This document shows, piece after piece, positions 1 through 6,715 of a stretch of DNA of 34,992 nucleotides. Origin of the DNA: a virus. Lineage: Duplodnaviria; Heunggongvirae; Uroviricota; Caudoviricetes. The position numbers were made by a program, and so were the translations under genes. The notes beneath the pieces are model-generated. The model searched no databases. It worked only from the letters and a program-made list of their open reading frames with translations, and was not told the origin of the DNA. Every line of letters starts with the position of its first letter. Position 1 is the stretch's first letter. The DNA lies in IMG/VR virus record IMGVR_UViG_3300028888_000071, positions 86,638-121,629 of that record; one strand, written 5' to 3'.

Positions 1-1
1 T

Positions 2-955
2 GAGTATGAAGACCGCATAAATTTCGCGTGTCCCTATTGTGGTGACTCGACAAACGCTCACAAGAAACGCGGCAACATCTATCTAGACAACCTTACATTC
101 CATTGCTTCAACTGCGGGCACCACAGCAACTACATGCAGTTCTTGAAAGACTTTGACATGTCAGTCGGAGAAGAGAACCTTGAGTTCGTAGCGGAAACCA
201 TAAAACGCGGGACAAGGAAGAAACAGACGACATTTGACATAGAACTGTTCAGCATTCTAAACAATCTCGCCGTAAGCAGAGAAACTCTAAAAAGACATTT
301 CAGACTTAGTGAAATAACTAAAGGGACTGGAATATATGAATATCTTGAAGGAAGATGTGTTCATAGAAAGCTTGAGAGATTCCTTTACAACAGTTACCAT
401 AACGAATTATGGATACTGAATTTTGGCAAATCTAGTAACATAACAGGTGTGCAGATAAGGTCATTTGATGAATCCAAAGTGAAGTACCGGACATACAACA
501 TATCTAAAATATATAGTTACACTGGCAAAGAAATGCTGGAACTTGACGATGACACTTTGGCTGAGATAAACAAGATAAGCATGACATTCAACATAATGTC
601 AGCTGACTTGTTCGCGCCAATATATGTGTTTGAGGGCGCGATAGACGCGATGTTCTTGAAGAACAGTATTGGAATATGTGGAGTTAACCGGAACTTTGAC
701 TTGGTGGAGAACTTGCCAGAAACAAGATATTTATTTGACAACGACAAAGCTGGCTTTGAACGCACGATGGAGAAACTGAATGACGGCAAGAAAGTGTTCA
801 TGTGGAAAAAGTTCTTAGATGACTTGGGAATCACTGAACAGATAAAAGACTTCAATGACTTGATTGTGTACATGCTGAAGAACAAGACAAGTTTTGATTT
901 CAACAATATAGAGAACTATTTCACAGACGAGAAACTGGATCTCATAAACATTTAA
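2..955 (+). CDS. gp61: DNA primase, T4 gp61-like (5'-truncated by window; frame open from base 2)
   Basis: Frame upstream of track start 134 reads EYEDRINFACPYCGDSTNAHKKRGNIYLDNLTFHCFNCGH (CxxC...HCxxC Zn-binding domain as in gp61); TOPRIM motifs YVFEGAIDAMF and FDNDKAG. Confidence 0.92.
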   Translation, partial: EYEDRINFACPYCGDSTNAHKKRGNIYLDNLTFHCFNCGHHSNYMQFLKDFDMSVGEENLEFVAETIKRGTRKKQTTFDIELFSILNNLAVSRETLKRHFRLSEITKGTGIYEYLEGRCVHRKLERFLYNSYHNELWILNFGKSSNITGVQIRSFDESKVKYRTYNISKIYSYTGKEMLELDDDTLAEINKISMTFNIMSADLFAPIYVFEGAIDAMFLKNSIGICGVNRNFDLVENLPETRYLFDNDKAGFERTMEKLNDGKKVFMWKKFLDDLGITEQIKDFNDLIVYMLKNKTSFDFNNIENYFTDEKLDLINI

Positions 956-979
956 AGCCCGGACTAATGTCCAGGCTTT
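954..979 (+). terminator. Intrinsic terminator-like hairpin after primase
   Basis: AAAGCCCGGAC-TAAT-GTCCAGGCTTT, one mismatch, directly after the stop. Confidence 0.6.
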
Positions 980-1055
980 GTTTATAAAACGATTAAGCTA
1001 ATTTAAAAATTTAGTTTATCAAGATCTATTGCAGTTTCTAGCCATCCCCATTTAG

Positions 1056-1112
1056 ACCAATGGTCTTTATAACTATTTTACAGACAATGAACTTGATTTG
1101 CTTGAAATATAA
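1056..1112 (+). pseudogene. Relic second copy of the primase 3' end
   Basis: Translates ...LYNYFTDNELDLLEI* versus primase end IENYFTDEKLDLINI*; no start codon, upstream in-frame TAG. Confidence 0.75.
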
Positions 1113-1140
1113 AAATCCCACTCAATTGAGTGGGATTTGG
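1111..1140. terminator. Perfect 26-bp palindrome, likely bidirectional terminator
   Basis: AAATCCCACTCAATTGAGTGGGATTT (1113-1138) between convergent units. Confidence 0.75.
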
Positions 1141-1193
1141 TTTATTATAGTTTTATTCTTTTTGTTCAACTAGTCTTTTTATTTCATTACAAA

Positions 1194-1685
1194 TTAAATT
1201 TTATTTTTAATATTAAACATTATAGTTACTAATGCAAGGTCTGCTGCTCTAAAATCAGTAACCCGCCATTCTACATCAGGATCATCATATCCATCTGCTT
1301 CTAAATATTCACATAATGTGCTAAATAATACTATACCTATATTTTTGTCATCATTTAACTTCTGTTTCAAATCATTAATTACATCATTAATATCTGGACT
1401 ATAACAAGATTTATATCTATCAAAATATCCATTATAGATATTGGTGTAATTTGATTTTGACATATTTTTTATATTTGTTTTAATATTTTGTATATTTAAT
1501 TTATTGTCTTGTGTGACATATCCATCAAAAACAGTTGCGTCATAAGCTTTCTCGACATAAGAATAACCGAGTTTATCAAATATATTTTTAAACCAATCTT
1601 GTGCGCTTTGCACAAACTGATATGAAGTAAAATCAAGCATAGATTTACTTTCATTTACAAATTCACTAAATTTCTGTATTTTCAT
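1194..1685 (-). CDS. Hypothetical protein with capsid-targeting-like N-terminus (MKIQKFSEFVNE|S); AT-rich
   Basis: 163-aa ORF; TATAAATA on minus strand at 1707-1714; N-terminus resembles T4 internal-protein leader. Confidence 0.75.
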   Translation of the reverse strand: MKIQKFSEFVNESKSMLDFTSYQFVQSAQDWFKNIFDKLGYSYVEKAYDATVFDGYVTQDNKLNIQNIKTNIKNMSKSNYTNIYNGYFDRYKSCYSPDINDVINDLKQKLNDDKNIGIVLFSTLCEYLEADGYDDPDVEWRVTDFRAADLALVTIMFNIKNKI

Positions 1686-1706
1686 AATTTATCTTTTTAT
1701 TTTTAT

Positions 1707-1714
1707 TATTTATA
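1707..1714 (-). promoter_or_regulatory. T4-type late promoter TATAAATA
   Basis: Exact match about 20 nt upstream of the 1685 start. Confidence 0.65.
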
Positions 1715-1732
1715 TTATGTAAATTTAAAGAT

Positions 1733-2686
1733 ATGAAAGAGCTTCTTACAGAAAAATATCGTCCAAAGACATTAGACGAAATCGCATTGCCGGAAAGAGT
1801 GAAGAACATTCTCAAGAATGGAATCCAGACAAATCTTTTATTGTATGGCACACAGGGAACCGGAAAGACTTCAACTGCAAAGCTGATGGTGAAGTCTTTC
1901 AAGCACCAGTACATTTACATCAACTGTTCAAAAGAGACTGGTATCGACACAATCCGAGAAAAGATTTCTCAATTCTGCATGACATCATCACTGATGAGCG
2001 GCGGCAACAATCTCAAAGTTGTCATCATGGACGAGATGGACGGTATGTCAACTCAAGCTTACCAAGCATTGCGCGGCTGTATTGAGGAGTTCGCTTGCAA
2101 CACCAGATTCGTTGCAACTTGCAACTTCTTGTCAAAAGTTCCTGAGCCAATCCAAAGCAGATTTGAGTGCATCAGCTTTGACTTTGACGCAGAAGAAATG
2201 GTTGAAGTCAAGAAAATGTACGCATACAGGATAAAGCAGATTTGTGACAATGAGGGCGTTGAAATAGAAAAGCCAGCAATATCGATGCTGATGAAGAACA
2301 ACTTCCCTGACATGCGTTCAATCGTGAACAAACTGCAATCAATGATAATCCAGGGAGTGACTGACATCACAGCTGAACATGTGTCAAAGACGAATTCTGC
2401 ATGCACTGATGTCTTTGACTTGGTCATAAACGGGAATGATCCAGTCGAAAACTACAAGATGCTTGTCAGCAACTACAGCACAAAAGTAGATGAGGTTTTA
2501 GACAGTCTCGGAAAAGAGTTCATTGAGTATATAATCTCATCAAGAGAAGACTTGACTAGATTCATCCCGCACATCACTATCATAACTGCAAAATACCAAA
2601 GCCAGAAAAACATGTGCATCGACCCAGTCGTGTGCATGCTTGCTTGCGTGTTTGAACTGCAGCAGACTTTCAGACAACAAATATAA
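1733..2686 (+). CDS. gp44: Clamp loader small subunit (T4 gp44 / RFC-like AAA+ ATPase)
   Basis: EKYRPKTLDEI, Walker A GTQGTGKT, Walker B DEMD, SRF(E)C sensor motif. Confidence 0.95.
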   Translation: MKELLTEKYRPKTLDEIALPERVKNILKNGIQTNLLLYGTQGTGKTSTAKLMVKSFKHQYIYINCSKETGIDTIREKISQFCMTSSLMSGGNNLKVVIMDEMDGMSTQAYQALRGCIEEFACNTRFVATCNFLSKVPEPIQSRFECISFDFDAEEMVEVKKMYAYRIKQICDNEGVEIEKPAISMLMKNNFPDMRSIVNKLQSMIIQGVTDITAEHVSKTNSACTDVFDLVINGNDPVENYKMLVSNYSTKVDEVLDSLGKEFIEYIISSREDLTRFIPHITIITAKYQSQKNMCIDPVVCMLACVFELQQTFRQQI

Positions 2687-2805
2687 ACAACAAATTGAAT
2701 TGGCGGCAGGCCAAGAGCATTCATTTCGCACGAAGCGGATTAACATAAACATTTAGTTTCAATTATAATCTGGTATAGTATGACAATTAGCAATTTATAA
2801 CGACA

Positions 2806-3123
2806 ATGAACTATATAAAGATTACATATAACATATTTGTAGTGAAGAACCAGAACGGCTTCAACAATGCTTTATATGACTTCATGAAAGTCGATGAAGG
2901 TTGTTTTTATTCCAAACAAGAACTGAGAAGCATGGTGACTGATTTTCCGAAAAGTTATCCGGCGGCAGTTATTTTCCACAAAGAATATGATATCGGTAGA
3001 ATATCAGTCGATGTGCTATATAAAAATGAAGTGTCCGAGCTACTTGAATCTTTTGAAAAATTTAATGTTAAAATAAAAGATAATGATATGGATATAAAAC
3101 TAGAAACAAATCAAAAGAATTAA
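2806..3123 (+). CDS. Hypothetical protein
   Basis: 105-aa ORF on operon strand, no recognised motif. Confidence 0.6.
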   Translation: MNYIKITYNIFVVKNQNGFNNALYDFMKVDEGCFYSKQELRSMVTDFPKSYPAAVIFHKEYDIGRISVDVLYKNEVSELLESFEKFNVKIKDNDMDIKLETNQKN

Positions 3124-3282
3124 CACAACACAGCTAAGTATGGATACTGCTGTACTGTTTTTGAATATGATGCTTCTGCGTTAGAAGAAGAGGAGGACCG
3201 CGACATGAGCGGATATCATTATTACTATTATACTAAATGTCCAAAGTGCGGAAATAGAATTTTAGTAAACACATTGATGTAA
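3124..3282 (+). pseudogene. Degenerate Zn-ribbon protein fragment, in frame with the preceding ORF beyond its TAA
   Basis: HNTAKYGYCCTVFEYDASALEEEEDRDMSGYHYYYYTKCPKCGNRILVNTLM*; intact CPKCG, degenerate first Cys pair, no ATG covering the N-terminal half after the TAA. Confidence 0.5.
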
Positions 3283-3301
3283 GTAAAATATTAGAAGAAT
3301 A

Positions 3302-4108
3302 ATGTCAAATATTGAACTATTGAATTGTGATTGTTTTGACTATATGTCAAAAATGGAAGACAACAGTGTCTCTCTTATTGTAACGGATCCACCGTATGGG
3401 ATAGATTTCAAAGGAGTCACTTCGAATACAGACTGGGATTCTATAAAAGATTACAATAGTTTCTTATGCAGATTCTTGTCAGAAGCCAAAAGAATACTGA
3501 AAGAAGATGGCACAATGTGGATGTTCTGTGCCAGGACAATGATACCTGAAGTATTCAAGTGCATATCCGAATGTGGGCTTCAGTGCAATCTTGAGAATTG
3601 GATGACATATGCTCGACAGAAAGGAAGAGGAAGTTCTCATAGATTAAAATCACTAGCAGAAGAAATACTGCATATCACTAAATCAGACAAATGGACATTC
3701 AATAAAGTTGAATATCTCCGTGAAGTTGTTGCTCCTTATGTCAAAGACGGCAAGCCTCGTGGGTGGTTCTTAGACCAAAACACAGGCATGCGAGTTCGTT
3801 GGACAGGGATTGGCAATGTTTTAGCATTCACAAGTCCAACATACAATTCAAAGTTTGAGAAGCAGATACACTCTACTCAAAAACCAGTTCTTCTAAATAT
3901 AGAACTGATAATGCTTTCATCAAAACGTGGAGACACAGTGTTCGATCCTTTTTCTGGTAGTGGAAGTTGTGCAGTAGCTTGTGAACTTATTGATAGAAAC
4001 TTTATAGGATGTGAAAAAGATCAAGATATGTATGAAAAATCTTGGGCTTGGATAAATGATATAAATTATGATGAAGCATACAATTATGTGAAAACAAGAG
4101 TAAAATAA
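3302..4108 (+). CDS. Orphan amino (N6-A or N4-C) DNA methyltransferase, beta-class
   Basis: Catalytic DPPY precedes SAM-binding DPFSGSGS; HSTQKP motif; no adjacent endonuclease. Confidence 0.92.
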   Translation: MSNIELLNCDCFDYMSKMEDNSVSLIVTDPPYGIDFKGVTSNTDWDSIKDYNSFLCRFLSEAKRILKEDGTMWMFCARTMIPEVFKCISECGLQCNLENWMTYARQKGRGSSHRLKSLAEEILHITKSDKWTFNKVEYLREVVAPYVKDGKPRGWFLDQNTGMRVRWTGIGNVLAFTSPTYNSKFEKQIHSTQKPVLLNIELIMLSSKRGDTVFDPFSGSGSCAVACELIDRNFIGCEKDQDMYEKSWAWINDINYDEAYNYVKTRVK

Positions 4109-4421
4109 ATACAAAACAATGAGAGAAGAACTAAAAAAATTTCATCCGTTAAAATATAAATGTAAACTGACACAAGCATCTTATGATCTGTTCGAAGAGA
4201 TCGAAGAAACTTTATATAATGATGATCTTAAAGAAGATGATATTGTATGGAGTATTCATTACAAAATCACTACAATGCTAGAGATATGTAACCCAGTACT
4301 CAATGACTATAAATGGTTACAAGGAATGTTAGAAGTCATAGATAGACATGGAGCCTAAATTGATAACATATTCATATCTTTCTGCTAATGAAGCAAAACA
4401 ATTATGTGAAAACAAGAGTAA
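4071..4421 (+). repeat. Direct repeat of the methyltransferase 3' end (4071-4103 and 4388-4421) flanking ORF 4119-4358
   Basis: 24-bp perfect core ACAATTATGTGAAAACAAGAGTAA at 4080-4103 and 4398-4421, each preceded by ATGAAGCA. Confidence 0.85.
4119..4358 (+). CDS. Hypothetical protein
   Basis: 79-aa ORF 10 nt after MTase stop. Confidence 0.65.
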   Translation: MREELKKFHPLKYKCKLTQASYDLFEEIEETLYNDDLKEDDIVWSIHYKITTMLEICNPVLNDYKWLQGMLEVIDRHGA

Positions 4422-4432
4422 GTTAATCATAA

Positions 4433-4440
4433 TATAAATA
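4433..4440 (+). promoter_or_regulatory. Late promoter TATAAATA
   Basis: Exact match upstream of 4468. Confidence 0.65.
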
Positions 4441-4467
4441 AATATGTAAATAAATATATTTGTTTGT

Positions 4468-4974
4468 ATGAGAGTATTACGTTTTGCTGATTGGGTTGCT
4501 GAACGCATGAAGATCAGACCAGTCACAAATGCTGAATTAGATAAAGTCAAAGAAATTTCTGACAGAATTGCTCAAACTGCTAAAACAAAGTCAACAGATT
4601 ATAGAACCAGAAAACTGAGATATATTTCTGATGCTTTTAGTAAGTATTATGACATGAATTTTGTCGATAGTAGTATATATTATTCACCCGGACAAGGTGG
4701 ATTTATAAAAGCTGCCGATCATACAATGGATACGCGATTCAAAGTATGGGCTAACACTTTGTCTGGCCCAGCACTTCTCAAAAAACACGAAGCACGTGCT
4801 AACAGCAAATCAATAAAAGAGCCAAAACTGTTTGCTACAATGTATTGTGCATTCGAAATGTATGGAACAGAAAACAATTATGTAGCAAATACGATCATAC
4901 GGTATTATATGGACAGACTAATACGTCAGTATAACACCACAGACGATGTCATCATAGATGTGTTTTTTATATAA
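4468..4974 (+). CDS. RPVTNAE-leader family protein 1
   Basis: MRVLRFADWVAERMKIRPVTNAE leader; C-terminal half paralogous to 5391..5855. Confidence 0.85.
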   Translation: MRVLRFADWVAERMKIRPVTNAELDKVKEISDRIAQTAKTKSTDYRTRKLRYISDAFSKYYDMNFVDSSIYYSPGQGGFIKAADHTMDTRFKVWANTLSGPALLKKHEARANSKSIKEPKLFATMYCAFEMYGTENNYVANTIIRYYMDRLIRQYNTTDDVIIDVFFI

Positions 4975-4983
4975 AAGTACAAT

Positions 4984-5358
4984 ATGGACTCAAGATTAGA
5001 AAAAATAAGATATTTCAAAGCGAATGTGATGGACTTTGAAAGTTACATCAACGACAGAATCAAACAGACTAAAGAAGAGAATAGCAAAGTAGAAGAAAGC
5101 TTGGTGCCAAGAACTCAAGGAAGTTTTGTTCCAAATGAAAATGTTCCAGAAGACTGCATAGCTTACATTATTTCTAACATTGAGAATTTTGACTCTATCT
5201 ATGACAAATCTTTAGTGAAAATTGGAAGAATGCATTGTTCATTAAGATACGCAGATCCACAATTGTTTGAGAAGATTTATGATTTAGCTAATGAATGGCT
5301 GGTTGAAAACGATTATGATGAATGTGACATAGAAGACATAGAAGAGATTTTTGGATAA
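4984..5358 (+). CDS. Acidic hypothetical protein (late operon)
   Basis: 124-aa ORF between two leader-family genes; internal VMDFESYINDR segment. Confidence 0.75.
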   Translation: MDSRLEKIRYFKANVMDFESYINDRIKQTKEENSKVEESLVPRTQGSFVPNENVPEDCIAYIISNIENFDSIYDKSLVKIGRMHCSLRYADPQLFEKIYDLANEWLVENDYDECDIEDIEEIFG

Positions 5359-5390
5359 TTGCAATAATTGAAACATAATATATTGTCAAT

Positions 5391-5855
5391 ATGAAAATAT
5401 TTAAAACAGATAATTTTGTTTCAGAAAGACTGAAGATCAATCCTGTCACTAATGCTGAATTTGACAAGATCCGACAAGACATAAAAGATATTACGAATAA
5501 CAGATACAAAAATGTGAGAAACTTAGATGATGCGATAGACAATTATAGTCGTTATATCAAAAAATTCTCTTTTGATGACATATACATTGACAAAGTTGTA
5601 GATATTGTATTTAATAATAAAATTGCAGAATGGGACTTTGGTTTAAGCAAATCTGAACTTATAAAAACACATAAGACAATAGCCAAAAGGGATCAGACAG
5701 ATTGCGATAGATTCATTTATACATATTGCACATTCGTAATGTACGGAACAAAAACTGACAATACATCTAAAACAATCATAAAATTCTATACGGACATGCT
5801 TAAAAAACTATATGGCGCAACAGACAAAACTATTACAGATTCATTTTTTGAATAG
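5391..5855 (+). CDS. RPVTNAE-leader family protein 2
   Basis: MKIFKTDNFVSERLKINPVTNAE leader; YCxFxMYGT...TIIxxYxDxL shared with 4468 protein. Confidence 0.85.
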   Translation: MKIFKTDNFVSERLKINPVTNAEFDKIRQDIKDITNNRYKNVRNLDDAIDNYSRYIKKFSFDDIYIDKVVDIVFNNKIAEWDFGLSKSELIKTHKTIAKRDQTDCDRFIYTYCTFVMYGTKTDNTSKTIIKFYTDMLKKLYGATDKTITDSFFE

Positions 5856-5877
5856 CATACTTTAATCATAGCATAAC

Positions 5878-5906
5878 AAAAAGCCTCCAAGTTTTGGAGG
5901 CTTTTT
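5878..5906. terminator. Bidirectional intrinsic terminator
   Basis: AAAAAGCCTCCAA-GTT-TTGGAGGCTTTTT between convergent genes. Confidence 0.9.
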
Positions 5907-5929
5907 CTTCATACAAATAATAAAAAATT

Positions 5930-6490
5930 TTACAAGCCAACGAGTTGTTCGTCCCAATAGTCACATCTGAATGTCAATTGAGCCTCGGAAGCTTCATTGT
6001 TGCCATAATCCAAATCATTGCCGACTTGCAGTTGTCCAGTCGGGAACATGTCTTTGCAGACAATTTTTCTGTAGATACTTCCATCACGGTTGTACTGCAC
6101 GATGATTGCTGAACCCACATATTGTGATTTCATTCCTGACATGCCTGTAAGCGGATCCCATATCTTGTTGCACCATCTTCTCAATGTAGTGTAGATATAG
6201 TTCTCGTTGGAATCGTTCAAGTTCATTGTCCATGTCACTTGCAAATCAAGTGTGGTTTTGTCTGGAAAACCAGCATAAGATCTTGTAGCTTGTTTGAACT
6301 TCTGCTCAGTCGTTGAAACAGATGGGTTTAATCCATCAAGACCAGAAATACTTTTGACGTGTTCAAGCAGCAATGCATGATCTATCTGGACAGAAGCAGG
6401 CGGGAACACTGTCATTTCAAACAACGCTCTATATACCGGTTCCCAGTGTTGAGTACTAGGTACAGAATTACTATAATGTGGTAATGCCAT
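5930..6490 (-). CDS. gp19: Tail tube protein, T4 gp19-like
   Basis: 186 aa; EP..F.., TRSYAG, W..KIWDPLTG, Y.GS.IIVQYNRDG, QLTFRCDYW pattern of gp19-type tube proteins; late promoter 6534-6541. Confidence 0.85.
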   Translation of the reverse strand: MALPHYSNSVPSTQHWEPVYRALFEMTVFPPASVQIDHALLLEHVKSISGLDGLNPSVSTTEQKFKQATRSYAGFPDKTTLDLQVTWTMNLNDSNENYIYTTLRRWCNKIWDPLTGMSGMKSQYVGSAIIVQYNRDGSIYRKIVCKDMFPTGQLQVGNDLDYGNNEASEAQLTFRCDYWDEQLVGL

Positions 6491-6533
6491 TGTTCTATAA
6501 TATATTTTTCAGTATGGAATGTTATTCCGTTAT

Positions 6534-6702
6534 TATTTATACAAGCTGTCTTCAGGCAAAAAATAGTTGGCATCCATTCATTTTTAGCAAATCTGTTGCG
6601 AAAGTTACAATTATAAATAAATTGACTTATATAATATGAGAATGTCCAGCATTCTTATATTGCAAGATATATAAATATACTTGTACTGCATAAGTATAAA
6701 TA
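6534..6702. promoter_or_regulatory. Divergent late-promoter region: TATAAATA minus 6534-6541; plus 6612-6619, 6670-6677, 6695-6702; hairpin 6633-6661
   Basis: Four exact octamers oriented toward flanking structural genes. Confidence 0.8.
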
Positions 6703-6715
6703 AAAAATTTTTGAA

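Noticed and set aside
2687-2805. GC-richer intergenic patch as tRNA or Y RNA
   Set aside because: No cloverleaf, T-loop or stable long stem discernible by eye; a covariance-model search would be needed to exclude it fully
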